Shown here piece by piece: positions 1-13,096 of a stretch of 64,000 nt of DNA. The notes beneath the pieces are model-generated. The model ran no database searches and was not told the DNA's origin. It was given only the letters and a program-made list of their open reading frames with translations. Position numbers and translations under genes: made by a program. Origin of the DNA: Peribolospora baueri (Eukaryota); contig JAMDHS010000001.1 of NCBI GenBank assembly GCA_029717555.1, positions 496,001 through 560,000 on the forward strand, given 5' to 3'. The stretch's first letter is position 1, and each line of letters opens with the position of its first letter.

Positions 1-2515
1 CGTCTCGTCTCTCGTCCATCCAAAGGCCTCAACTATCCCCGCACCAAACGTCGCTCCTTCGTTCCGACAGACCTAGTCGAAGCGCTCTCTAGTAACCGCC
101 GCACGCTCATCTCTGGTGCGCAGCAGGACGCTCAGGAGCTGTTTGGAATGCTCGAGGATGCTGTTGCGGTCGAGGCGGAGGAGGTGAGGGCCGAGGCGGC
201 GAGAGAATTCGGCCTTCGGAACATCGACATCGATATCGGGTCGGAGGGTACTGGGGCAGCGCCGATCGAATTGGAGGTGTCCAAGCTTCTCAAAAATCCC
301 TTTAAAGGTATGACGGCCAATCGCACTTCATGCGTCACCTGTGGATACACAGAGGCGGTACGTCATTTCGTTTTCAGAGAGCTCAGTGTGCCGGTGCCAA
401 GAGCGGTAAGTCGTTCTCAAACTACTTTGAATGGAAGTGGGAGTGAGGTTAAGGACACCGTCTGACTCGGACATTCGAATTCCGTGCACTCATCCGATCT
501 CTGCAGAGCTCCTGCTGGCTGGAAGAATGCCTTGCAGAGTATACCAAGCTCGAGCTGCTCCCTCCGGATTGGAGCTGTCGTCGATGCTCTCTTCTCGCCA
601 CCCATCGCAGACTCCTGGCCGAGGTCGAGCGTCTCTCGTCTCCTCCGGAGTCTACCCCCAGGAAGGTCGTCGCGTCTACCTCGGCCTTCACCCTCGATTC
701 ACCTCATTTCAACGACAATAACAAAAATGCCAACCCAGCCACGCTCGCCAAAGCCGATCGCAAAGCGGTCAAGGCGGCAGCGAAGGAAGAGAAGCTGTTG
801 GCCACGCGTAGGAAGCGGCTTTACGAGGCGCGCAGGGCGGAGACTCGCGTTCGGGAAGCGTTGGAAAGCGGCGACTTGAGGGAGGACGAACCGGGCCGTA
901 CGTTGGATGAGGTGTCCGTTGAGAGGGTCACGAGTCGGGCGGCTACGAAGCAGGTTATGGTCGGTCGGGTGAGTTTAGTAGCGAATGAAAGCGCGTCTGA
1001 CGCCATTTCGTACTGACTCGGACGGACCGTCGGTCCTTCTCCTTGCAGCCGCCAAGGGTGCTCTGCATTCATCTGAATCGCTCAGTGTACTCGCTCTCAT
1101 CGTTCGGAGCGACCAAGAATCCGTGTCGCGTCCTGTTCCCTGAATATCTCGACATCACGCCCTTCGCCACGACCGGCGAGCTTAGCATGCGTCCAGAGGC
1201 TCCCATCTCCAGTTCCTCTCCCCCCAAGTCGTGTGCTGACACGCCAAAGGCGGGACCAGCAAAAGGCGCTTCCCGTCAGGCCGCGCCAACCTTCTACCGG
1301 CTCGCAGCCGTCGTGGTACACTATGGAAGCAGCCACGCCTCCGGCCATTACGTTTCTTTCCGCCGCCGGCCTCCTTCCCACATCTCTTCTCGCTCTACCA
1401 CCCCCCTTCTCCCACCTCGCTTTGCTCATCCAGAGGGGTTGCACTGTGCCTGTTCCGAGTGCGTCACCTTCGGCCCGGTAGTTGACGCCTCCTCTGCTCC
1501 AATGGTGGACGCGAATGGCGTCCTCACCGGACGACCGACGGCACGAGCGGGACGGTGGGTTCGGATCAGCGATGAGACGGTGGAAGAGGTGTCGCTGTCC
1601 GACGTGCTCCGACAGAACCCTTTCCTCCTCTTCTACGAGCGTATCGAGCCTTGCTTATCGCCCTCGGAGGAGCGCGGTCACGGAAAGGGCAAGCGAGTCG
1701 ATGGAGACGCCCAAGAGCACATTCCTAGCGCGTTCGCCAACTTCGTCTTCCAAGCCAAAGCCAAGTCGAAAGCGTCCGAGAACAAGGGCAAAGGGAGAGT
1801 GGTGCACTCTTATGGGATCGGCGGCGCACGCGCCGGTCGTCGTCCTTCGCCACCGCCGTCGTCAGAGCCTTTGGCAGCGCTGGCGCGGGAGAAGAATGCG
1901 GAAGGTGTGCCAGGAAACGGGGAGCCACCGCTTCCGGACGGAGCAAGGTCGCCGTCCTCGACGGCCGATGATGGGTCTGCGGACGGGTATGGGTACGACG
2001 ACGCGGAACAGCCGTCAGAGGGCGATCGTGATGGCAACGGGGATGGAGAAGGACGGACGATTCTTTCAAGCCGTCGTTCGGACGTCACCAACGGAGTGCA
2101 AACACCTTTGCCTTTGCCACCTCCATCGCACGTTGAGAACGGAGCCACTCCAGGAAAACGGGAAGGCAAGGACGATGGCGATGGCCACGGACGTCCCCCG
2201 TATGCGGAGCCGGAAGACCACCAGCGGCGAGCTTTAAACCCGGATCTCAAGATCGACGCCCCCTCTGCCTCTGTTCCGCGATCCGCAACCTCGCCACCGG
2301 TGCCTAATAGAGACGACCTCGAAGAAGAAGAGGCGGCCCGTGAGCCCGCACCGAGATTCCCAACTGCCCACGCTCCGACCGCTTCCTCTGAAGCGAACGG
2401 CGCGAACGGCGCACGGACGAAGCCTTCCTCGAAGACGAAGAAAAAGAAGAAGAAGAAGAAGAAGAAGGACGATGGCGGTGGAGGAACGAGCGAAGGCGCG
2501 AACGGCCTTGGCTAA
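1..2515 (+). CDS. Ubiquitin carboxyl-terminal hydrolase (USP/peptidase C19), 5' end outside window, multi-exon
   Basis: QQDAQELF motif (~121-144), CVTC and CRRC zinc-site cysteines, PPRVLCIHLNR, His box VVVHYGSSHASGHYVSFRR, WVRISDE and LLFYER. Introns at ~407-507 and ~970-1048. Low-complexity tail with poly-Lys. Confidence 0.9.
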
Positions 2516-2919
2516 GCAGAGAATTTGGCAAAATTCACCTGCTCGACCCTGTTTTACTAGCCATGATGGGATCATCAAGTTTCAGGGCCGCCACTCGAGA
2601 AAGCGGGCTGCTTAGGTCTGAAAGCTAGTATGTCTGTCTGTGTACGCACGATCCTCTACGCTTCATCCTTTAACGGGTGCCTGTCCATTTGCTCGTTCGC
2701 ATTGTCTCGAAGGCAGCATTTCGTGTACGTGTACAATCCCACTTGAGTGGGAGCAGAAAACAGGGACCGATTTGATAACCAGAGATCGACTGGGAGAAAG
2801 CGAAGGGAGAGTAACAAGTAACGAAGAAGCCAAAAGACCCTGATAGACGCCGTTTCCAGTGGAAACTTCAACAACAGCGTCCAGCAGTGTCTCCTCCATC
2901 CCGTCTGTCCATTAGTATC

Positions 2920-5900
2920 TTATGCGACGTGCGAGCTCGCACCAGTCGGCTTGCTCTTCTTTCCACCTCCACCAAGCAAAAACACGTCCTTGAGCACACC
3001 ACCGAGGATCTTCCACAAGCCTCGGCGTGACTCCCAGAGTGGGTAAATGACGACAATGATGGCGGAGAGGAAGATCCAGGTGCAGCCAATCGATACCCAG
3101 GCCGCGAAGCCGGCTTCTGGGTAGATGTGGGAGGTGAAGAAGAGCGGCAGAGGGATGATCTTTGTGGAAAGGACGGGTTTGTCTTGTCAGGTCTTTATAA
3201 TGGGAGCGAGCGAGGTGCACGCCATCTTCGACAGCGTCTTATGGATGGTCAGGACAAGACCATTAAGGGGGAAGACTCACGATAAGCATAATGAGTGTCA
3301 AGGCCAAGCTCCACCAGAGCGCGATCTTGAAGGCGCGGTCCAGGGCGACCCGGTCGAGTCCGGCGAGTCGGAAAACCTCGTCGATGTTGATCCTTGTCTG
3401 ACTGCCATTTTTCTGCTGATCCTCGCCAGCATCCACGCCCACCATGTCGACAGATGCGGTGGCTGTTCCCGCCTTCTCGGCATCAACATCGTCAGAAGAG
3501 CCATGTTGTCCCTTCTCACCCGCCGGCCTCACATGCACGGATGAGGGAGTAGAATTGTCGGCGGGCGGACCCTCGACGCTGATGGCTGCATTGGCAGCGT
3601 TGATAGCGCGCGTCTTGTCCCAGTCGAAGCGTTGCGGCCAGATCCATGTGGAAACGAGGACGATGATGAGAGAGGTGCAGATCGAGACGACGTTGCCGGT
3701 CAGGGTCGGATACGTTTGCCCAGTCGCCTCAAGCGAAAGACTGCCATAGAGCCCGCCGGCGCAGGCGAACCAGGAGGCGACACCAAGAACAAGGCCGCCG
3801 ATGGCACCTGTGATGGCGCCTATCTTGTTCGTCCTGTCCCACAGGAAGGCGAACGCTGTGCGCATGGGATTGTGGGGACAAAAGACGACGGTGAGCTAGA
3901 CGAGGATGTATGCTGAGAGAGGGGAACAGGGGAAGCTCACCCATGCCAGGTACGCCTCCGCCGATGATACAGCCCATGGCGAGGTAGAGGTACCCCATCG
4001 ACACGCCGCTATAGAACCAGATGATGCCTAGGACGCCCATGACTATGAGAAGGGAAGAGAATAGATCGCAACGAACAACAAACCGCAGGTTCTCCTTCAG
4101 CAACCAGGGTTGAAGCACCGGTGGTCCACCGACGGAACAGAGACGTCTCGAAAACTTTGAATGTCGAGTTCCACTCACAGATAGACCAGAAGGCGATGAA
4201 CGCATGAGACCACCAGAAAACCTGCTGTTGCGTCGCCTTTGGGTTGAAGTAGGTCTTGTAGACGTCGTACGTTAGCACGGAAGAGACGGCGATGATTTCT
4301 GCAGATGTCGCGCTGTCCACGATTGATCGTCCGTCAGTCCATTAGCAAATCAATCAGTCCATCGGTTGGACAGCGCACTGACCCTAGCCATTAAAATCGC
4401 CATCTTCGTCATCAAACTTACCTCGTGACGGCCAAGAACAACAGCACGAGCATGGCTGCCGCACCGCTCTTTCCCAGCAGGGCCGCGGCCGCGGCCGGGG
4501 CAGGCAGCCCGGCAGACACGTCGGCCTTGCTAAGCACGGTCATGGCGGGGTCGCCTGCGGCTGTAAGCGCAACGGCGGCGAGTCCCAGGGTGCTGCTCAT
4601 GAGAAAGGGCACAGCGAACCATGAAAGGCCGCCGAGGAGGAAACCCTTCACCGCCGTGGCCGGGTTGGAGGCGACGGCGCGTTGGAAGTAGGCTTGATCG
4701 AGGAGAACCGTACCGAAGTTGCTGGAAGGGAAGAAGGAAGGGGACACAAGGATCGGGAGCCGAAAGGGTATTAGTTGAACTTGGACAGTCGTACTACATG
4801 GCCGCCGCGCACTACGCACCCAATGACATTGACGACACCAAAGATAAGACCGTCCTTCGACCGCATCGTGACGTACGACCCGTGCGCATTGCCCGGTACG
4901 GGGTTCTTCTCAGCGGCTAGGACAAGGAGCTCATACATGCGCTGGGGCGAGCCGATTTTTTCGCTCGTGGCGTAGGCGGAGAAGAAGAAGGTTAGGATGA
5001 TGGCAATCAGGACGGCCGTATCTGTCGGGTGAGAGAGCAAAAGCGAGTGAAATAGCGGTAGAGCCGTGGCATGACATGAGACGGTCAGCGCTCGCGATTT
5101 TCTCGACTTTCGAGGAAAGGTGGATATAGGGCTCGACTCACGGATGTAATCGGCGAAGAAGGTGGCTCGGAGACCGCCAAAGACAACGTATATGCCGACA
5201 AAGATGCTGTGACAACCGAGTGGTGACATGGACGGAAAAAGTTGCGTTGAGCGTGGGCGAACGCAACGGGAACCGGTTACAGATACGGCAAGTCAGGACC
5301 ACTCACGGGATCATGAAACAAGCGGCCTGTGTGCTCATCCCGGTCAGATCGGTGACAGTGGCAGAAGCGCCAGTGATGAGCATGCTCGAGACGAGGATGT
5401 TGGTAGCGAGGCTGAAGAAGAGGAAGACGAGGTGCGCGAACGTTCCCCAACGGACCTTGATCACCTCGAGCCAAGTGTGCGCGTTGGGTGCGTTGAGCTT
5501 GGCCTTTGCTGCGATCTGCGCGAAGAGGAGGATTTGGATCGTCGCGCCGGAGGCGTACCAGAACGGACTGTGGGCGTATGTCAATTCTGCGCTAGCTTGG
5601 GAAGATCTGGGACGAGCATGAATGGTCAATCACGCACCCGGAGATGCCATACTGATAGGCTACGGCACTGGACTGCAACAGAGTCGCTGCCCAAGTCCAA
5701 GCGGAGACGATGCCGGAAGCGATCAAACCGGGCTTGACGGACCGGGAGGCCGAGGTGAACTCCTCAGCCTTGGACAGTTTTAAGTTGGTGTAGCGCTGCT
5801 GCATGTAGGAGATGGCGAGCATGAACAAGCTGAAGCCGATGCCGATTCCTACCACAACGCCGTCTGAGAAGGAGCGGATGGGTGGCGGGTGGATCAGCGA

Positions 5901-5998
5901 AAAGGAGAATGTAATGGACTGGGCGTTCGTACTTGAAAGCAAGCTAGGTACTCACACCCGGCGCCCTGAGGGAGAATGGGTGACGATGCGTCCGCCAT
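2920..5998 (-). CDS. DUR3: Urea active transporter (sodium:solute symporter family), multi-exon
   Basis: Spliced N-terminus [99 protein letters not shown]-terminus IYPLWESR...SHVA*. Confidence 0.93.
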
Positions 5999-6383
5999 GG
6001 TTGTGCGAAGCTGGAAGGGAACCGAAGATGGAAGACGAGTGCGGCCCAAAGGAAAAGGCAGAGAAAGGGCGCGCAGGGGTCGGTCGAATTACGAAGGTGG
6101 TCGAGCTTCGATAGGGGAACGCTGGGCGATCGGGGTGGAGATGCTGGTTTATGTATTCGAGAGCACTTTCCAACCCGCCTGAGCTCGTTCACCTGGGACT
6201 CTTTAGCCGCTATTTTCCTCGCACTTTTTCCGGCCCTTCGGAGGCGCCCGGGGACGTGGAGAAAGAGGCGATCCAAGACGCCGGGACAAAACCGATGGCC
6301 AGTCCCCATCAGAAGAAGGAGCGGGAGAGATATATCGAGATGCACAAAGGCAGAAGACAGGTCGAGATGGGGGGAAGGAAGAA

Positions 6384-7071
6384 GATAAGGAAAGTGGATG
6401 AATCAGCCAAGTCAACGGGCGGACGTCCGTCGCTCATGGCCAACGGTTCGCTGCATGTACATGAGAACAGCAGGAGCTAAAAGTGAAGTAAGACAAGGGG
6501 TCCGAGAGGGTAGATAAGAGGAAGAGGGCGTTCCCGTTCCTCCCCAACGTATCTGTTCGTCCTTTTCATTGACGTACGAATAGCCGACGATGCTGGAGGG
6601 AGGAACCATTGCTGGGTCGGACAGCCAGCGAGGCGAGATGACGGCCAGGGCCGAAAGGAGGAGGAACGAAGAGAGTTCCTCACGGAGCTCGCCTCCTCCG
6701 ACTGGGATGCCCAGTGAAGGAGCCCGATGGAGGTCTTCTGCGGCCGAGGTGGATGTCGTCCAAGACAACCTCGCCCGCGTTCGAGCGAGGGGCGATAAGA
6801 GATAAGGGACGGTCCATGTTAGGGTTACGCGCTCGTCTTATCTCCTTCCTACGAGGCTCGGAAGAACGCGTCAAACGGCACAGCCGACATCCGTTCTGGA
6901 GGTCTACGGACGGAGAAATCGTTCCTCCACGCTGAGTCAAGAGTCAGGTACGGCTGGGCATGTCACCGTCTCCGAAGGAGACAGGATGAGCTCGATGTTT
7001 GCTGGGCGTACAAACGAACCATGATTGCGGTAGGGGTCAGGCGTCCGGCAGCGCACCTTCACGGCGATAAG
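6384..7071. promoter_or_regulatory. Cluster of six GATAAG elements in the DUR3/UTP14 divergent promoter
   Basis: GATAAG at 6384, 6513, 6794, 6801 and 7066, and CTTATC at 6837. These are canonical sites for nitrogen-regulatory GATA factors, upstream of a urea transporter. Confidence 0.65.
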
Positions 7072-7164
7072 CGGTCCGCCTCCATGTTGCCGCAGTTCTT
7101 TCGAACGAAGTGCAGGGCCGCGACCAGCTACGCTCGCACACATCATCCACCCGTATCGCCTACC

Positions 7165-9666
7165 ATGCTCAACCTAGACGACCTCGTCGGGCCGCTCGCC
7201 GCTCAGCCAGGCTTTAGCTCTCTTAAAAAGTCCGCGCGCGCGCTCGCGACGACGGGCGAAGCGTCCAAGGGCGCCAGCAGAAGGGGAGGCGACGCGCTCT
7301 CCGCGCCCTTGCCTGCCGCTGTCAAGGAGCGCTTGGATCGTCAGGCCGCATATGCTGCGACCAAGGAAGAGGCCGATAAGTGGCAGGCCACGACCAAGAG
7401 GATTCGGGAGGTGAGCATTGCCGAGCGCGGACGATGAATTGTTCGTTGTTTTGTGTCCACTGCGCGATGCTAAGTTCGTCGCCCTTCTCAAACTGCGTGC
7501 GCCGCCAGGCCGAGCACCTCTCTTTTCCATTACAGCGAGAGGCGAAAGCACAGGCATCCACCTCGCAGCTCGTAGCCAACCACAAGGTGAGGACGGTATT
7601 GGAGCTTGCGCTGCCGCACCCTTGAGACCTTTCTCCTTAGCTGACCCCTCCACTATTCCATCCACAGGTCACGGACGGCCTCGAGAAGGCGGTATCCGAC
7701 TTGCTCAAAGAGGGAAGATGGTCAGAAAAGGAGCTTCAGGAGAAAGAGGAGCTGGCAATGAAGGAGCTCACGCCGGAAGAGGTCTCGGCGCGGAGGGCGG
7801 AACTGCGGAAAATGCGCGACCTCCTCTTCCGCGAGGAGCGCAAGGCCAAGCGCGCGGCAAAGATCAAGTCCAAGGTGTACCGGAAGATTGCGCGGCGGAG
7901 GAAGGAGAAGGAAAAGCTCGCCCTCGATCAGCTAGATCAGCTCGACCCTGAGATGGCGAAGGAGGAACGGCAGAAGCTGGAGGTCGCCAGGGCCAGGGAG
8001 AGGGCTACGATGAAACACAAGAACACCAAATGGGCTAAGGGTTTGTCCGGACGCCATGAGCTCCACGATGATGCGAGGCAGGCTGTAGGAGAGCAGTTCG
8101 CACGGCACGAACTATTGCGGAGGAAGATCCAGGGTATGGCGGACCAGGATGATAGCGACGAGACGGGCGGGTCGAGCGACGGAGAGGAAGCAGAGAGGGA
8201 GGAGGAGGATGCGCTCGATGACGAGGAGTATCGTGCTCTCGTCAAAGCCAAGGCGTTCGATGAGCTGGCCGCCGTCGCCGCCGAAGCCGAAGAGGACGGC
8301 TCGGCGGTAGGATCCGGACGCAAGGGCGCACTGATGAACATGAAGTTCATGCGTGAAGCTCGTGCTCGAGAAACCGCAAGGACGAAGGACATGGCGGAGG
8401 AGATGATGTCGGAGCTGGAGGGGCTCGGCTCGGAGGATGAGGAGGGCAATGGGAACGAAGAGACGGACGCAGCTGCGACGGCGATGAGTTATATGCAGGT
8501 TTCCGGGAACCGGGGCAGGAAGGTCTTTGGCGCGGGACAGGCCTCTTCGACGTCTTCTCGTCTGCCCGCTTCCCCCCCCGCGCCGCCCCCAGCACCAATA
8601 CCGGTCGGGACGACTGAAGAAAGCGTCAAGGACAAGAAACGTAAACCGACGGCCGCCGAGTTGATCCGGGACGATGCGAAGGTTGAAATCGACCTTACCA
8701 ATCTCCTCAAACCGTCCGACAAACCGTCCGACTCGAGGGACAAGGGCAAGACAGTTGCGAGAGCAGAAAATGCCAAAGTGAAAGCGAAGGGCAAGGCGAA
8801 GTCTCGCGAGGGCGCGACAGGCATTGGTAGTAATAAACCGGAAGGCGCACACGAGAACGCTCCGTCGGGTTCAGTTCACGTCGACGCCGCATACCAAGAG
8901 TCAGAGAGCGAGGAAGAGGAGGCAGCTGACGAGCCTATCCAGGTCGGACGGTCTAAAGCCGCTTTCCGACAGCGCGAGCTCGTCGCGGAGGCGTTCGCGA
9001 ATGATAACGTCGTAGAGGTACGCTCCCTTTGCCTTTTCAGCGTGTCTATCGATATATTTCTGACCTAGTTTACCTTGCTTCGCCTCGACTTAATGACGAG
9101 CAGGATTTCGAGGAAGAAAAGCGACGCATTATCGAGGAAGACGCGCCAAAGGAAGAGAACCTTACGCTCCCTGGCTGGGGAACCTGGGGCGGCAAAGGTG
9201 TCAAGCGAAATCGTTCCTCCGCTTCCTCGTCCTCGCGGAAACGAGTGCGCCACATCCCGGGCGTAGACCCGTCGGCTCGGAAGGACGCCAAAATGTCCAA
9301 CGTGATCATCAACGAGAAGAGAGATAAGAAAGCAGACAAGTATCGCGCCAAAGACTTGCCTTATCCTTACACCTCCGCCGCCCAATACGAGGCTAGCTTG
9401 AGGCAGCCTATCGGGCCGGAGTTCAATACGCGGACGACACATCAGAAGTAAGTGCGATGGGGTGCGAGGCTGGGGTGACTGAACGATACGGATGAGCGAG
9501 AGGAGGCAAAAAGGGAAGCAGGACACTGACTCCATCGTCGTCTTCCATCCATACTTGTCCCTTCCCGCAATTCCTCCGTTGCAACCCTATCTTCACTAGA
9601 TTGACGCTCCCGAGGGTCACGACGCAGCTGGGCAAAGTCATCGACCCGATCGAGCGGTTGTTTTAA
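7165..9666 (+). CDS. UTP14: U3 small nucleolar RNA-associated protein 14, multi-exon
   Basis: ERLDRQAAY, KAKRAAKIKSKVYRK, RARERATMKHKNTKWAK, LPGWGTWGG, NVIINEKRDKK, LPYPYTSAAQYEASLRQPIGPEFN; final exon LTLPRVTTQLGKVIDPIERLF*. Confidence 0.93.
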
Positions 9667-10047
9667 GCCGTGCTTTGGTGCGGCATTGGTACTAGTTTCA
9701 TGGATGTCGTTTGTGTACCGTTACCCATCAAGTGCAACCTAGAGTGAGCGGGGGGCAGGGTTATAGAGTTGGGCATCTGAATCAGATCCAAAATCGCCGG
9801 GGTGAGGTCAAGAGCGGCGGGCGCCGTCTGAGGCTCATGGCGCGCGGGTAGACATTCGAGATTGTCAGTGATCCAATACTAGGCGGCACACTTTGGCTGG
9901 CTGCGAGGCAAGAGGACGACCAGGATGCAGTCACCACTTCTTGTAGCCATTGGAGCTCCATGCATGTGGATTACGGCATGCGTTCTTCCGAACTTGAAGC
10001 AGGCAAAAGAATGACGATGCCTGAATAGCGTTCTTCAGACGCAGGAA

Positions 10048-11615
10048 ATGGAGGATGGGCGCGCACGCCGGAGCGTTTGCTCAGCTCTGCCGCTACGATG
10101 TTGTTTGATGGCTCTGAGAAGGATGGCGGCGATGATGACGGTGACGACGACACCGGCAGAGGCGACGAGCTTCCAGGGGCGTCCCTCCTCGACGATGACG
10201 AGGCGCTCGCCGAGCGACTCAACTGCGTCTCACTGGAGGCGCTCGACGAGGCGGCCGGCGAGGAAGGGGAGGAGGAGCAAGAGGGCCGGGAGAAGAGGTC
10301 CGGCGTGGGTACGGAGCAAGCCGACGCCGACCAGAAGTCCGTCGCCTGGCTCCAGCGTCTGTCCCGACGTCGCACCTTCCCGCAAGCTCGAGGTCTTGCA
10401 GAGCGAGTTTGGCGAGTGCACCCCCCACGAGCCGGAGGCGGAGAGGTGGATCGGCGACGTGAGCGCCGTGTTATTCAGGACGTGAGTGGAGGAGAGAGGG
10501 ACGGAGAGGGCCGCCGTGCTGACTTGACTGACTGATGATCATCGTCGTCCAACTTCGTCCCTCTACTCCTCCTCTTCACAGCTCTATTCCCCCATCGACT
10601 CCACCTGTCTCTCTCAGGTCGCCCGCGTGTTTCCCATCGACGAGAAGAGGCCCCTCCAAGTCTCCTTCCAAGGCTCTCGCGACGTCTGGTCTATCGAGCT
10701 CAAGACCCAGGAGAGCGCGCTGGCGTGGAGAGAGAGTTCAAGGCCGCCTTGTTCGCCTTCCGGAACACGGCGGACCAGGTTCGCATCTCCATCCCCTTGG
10801 AGCGCATCGTCGACGTGTCCCGGAGCTCCTACCTTCACTTCGCCCAGACCATCACCCTCCGCGTCCTGGACGATCGTCTCGCCGAGCGCAGCCTAAGCGC
10901 CAAGGGTCCGATTCTCAATCGCCCCCGTCTCTCGTCCCCGAGCCGGCCACTCCGCTCTCCGGCAACGGCGACAATGACAACGACGGCGAGAACGAGAGCG
11001 TCTCCCGCTCCTCTTCCAACTCGGACGATCACGAGCGCACCTACGAGGTCGCTTTAGGCTCACCAATCGTCGCGCTCACTTCTTCGCCGCCGTCGAGGCC
11101 GCGGTGAAGGAGCGCGCGGCGTGGCGGGAGGCTGTGGGAGAGGCCGAGTTTGCGCTCAAGACGCCGCACGCTCTCATCGAGATGGGAGGCGAGGCGAGAA
11201 AGAAGGACGATGAGCTTCAGTCCGCGGTCAGGGACGGCAACGGCGGCGACGCCGTCGTCCGAAAGCGATCCGCCGCGGAGAGGTTCTGTGCCACCTTTTC
11301 CCTGTCGGACAAGCCGGAGAACATCCGGCGTGAGTCTCTCGCTGTCCCATTTTTCCGTTTTTTTCTTAGTTGTTCCGCCGTGGTGGATGGACAAGCTGAC
11401 TGGCCGCGCCTCGTGTCTTCGAGACGCAGTCATCGTCGCTGACTTTGTGCGCGCTCTGCCTACGCCGGGTACGCTGGGCATCGCAAGTGAGTTTGTGTGC
11501 TTCTGGAGGCGCATTGTCGTCGGAGGAGACTACAAGGCAAGCCATCGGTCGCGAGGCCCGACGTTGACGCTAATGCTGCTGCCATTAGCGTCGGCCTTTC
11601 CGGACCCTCCGCTGA
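10048..11615 (+). pseudogene. Decayed ATG26/UGT51 (sterol 3-beta-glucosyltransferase)-like GRAM-PH-GRAM fragment lacking the catalytic domain
   Basis: Segments LEVLQSEFGE...VSAVLFR, LYSPIDS...ESALAW, EFKAALFAFRNTADQVRISIPLERIVDV, ERFCATFSL and VRALPTPGTLGIASEFVCFW resemble the ATG26 N-terminal domains. They lie in different frames (e.g. a shift at ~10728), and no glycosyltransferase domain follows. Confidence 0.65.
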
Positions 11616-12463
11616 AGAGGGAGGAGGTGATCATTCTTTTCTGGCGACCGGTTTTCCGTGTCCGGCGTGGGGTATCTGATGGTCTGGTGTCTGACGTCAG
11701 GTGGGCCCCGCGTCCGAGTAGGTGTATGAGATGGAGGAGGGGCGGCGGGGGAGTGTCTATCGATCTAATCTATCTACGGCGAAAAGGGAAAGCGTGTGAG
11801 GGTACGAGAAAGGAGTAGAGGAGGGGGGCCATGGGGGTGAGTGAGTGAGTGAGCGAGTGAGTGTCCAAGTCCAAACCCGAGTACGTTTATCGCTCGGGTC
11901 GGGCGCTCCAGTCCCAAGCAAGGTCCAGGGCGGCGGTTGGAATGAGAGCCAAGACACGGGGCGGGGCATCAGCGACTTGTCTCTGGAAGCAGACGGCGAC
12001 GACGACGGCGACGGCGACAGCGACGGCGGGAGGTGAGCAGAAAGGGAAGGGAAGGGAAGAAAGGAAGAAGACAACCGGTAGGGTATTGCATTTCGATAAC
12101 AGGACAGAACAAGCAGAACCTGGAGAGAAAGACAAGACGTGCGAGAAAGAAATAATCGACGGCAGATAAAGAAAGAAGTGATCGTCATCCATGATCAACG
12201 TCGCGTCAGTCACATGCCGACCGTCGATCGCATCGGAAGGAAGGCAGAGGGGAGCAGACATAAAGCAACAGGAAAGAGACAGGTATGAAGCGTATGGATG
12301 AATGGACGGCGCCATAACCAAGGGGGGGAGGGGGACAAGAGGAAAGAAGGAGAGGAGATAAGGCAAGACGAGGCAAGAAGAAAAAAAAAGACGACGAAGA
12401 CGAGGGAAAGGTAGGAACAGACCGTGCGCAAGAACAAAAAAAAGGTAACTCAATGACAGACGG

Positions 12464-12494
12464 ACTGACTACTGACTGACTGACTGACTGAACT
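12464..12494. repeat. (ACTG)n microsatellite
   Basis: actgact actgactgactgactgactg aact seen directly. Confidence 0.85.
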
Positions 12495-13096
12495 GGGCTG
12501 ACAGGCTGGGCTGACTGGGACGACTAGCTACACTAAACTAACAGACGCACGCCCGTCCCAGTCCCAGAGCTTCCGCTCGCCCAACGAGCCCCCGGAAGCG
12601 GGGACGGCAAGTGGAGCGACGGGCGGCTCGGTCGCGCAAGACGCGCGTGCGTCGAAGCGGACTGAATAATAATGGACGGGGAAAAGCAGGTGGGTGGGGG
12701 TGGGTACGGGATGTGAGTGCAGCGTGTCCGGATGAGATAGGAAGAGAAACAGGGAATGGATGAAGGAGATGGCGAATGAGATGGAGCAGTTGGGGACGGC
12801 CGGGTCTGGCTGATTGGATGGGACGAGATGGACGAGCGAAGGCGAATGGGTTCCTTGGGAAGATGCGACGAGAGGCTGGTCAAAATGGTCAAGGGCAGGA
12901 AACGGAGGGGGGCAACAGGAAGAGGAAGGAAGAAGCGGGTCCGCCCGTCGTCGGCGGCGAGTCGGGCCGGGATAACTGCTGCAGAGGAGGTTGCGGCGGT
13001 GGGCAGGGAACCGTGTCTTTGAGCATCCCATCAGAAAAACAAACGGTGACACATCGGCGGCCCCCAGCTCGTTCGGAATGGTACCTACTTACAAGA

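Noticed and set aside
2920..6400. TPP riboswitch in the SSS-family transporter gene (known in some fungal DUR3-like paralogs)
   Set aside because: No CTGAGA...CTTGAT/ATAAT...GCG aptamer core was found on the minus strand in the introns or leader, and the protein looks like canonical DUR3.
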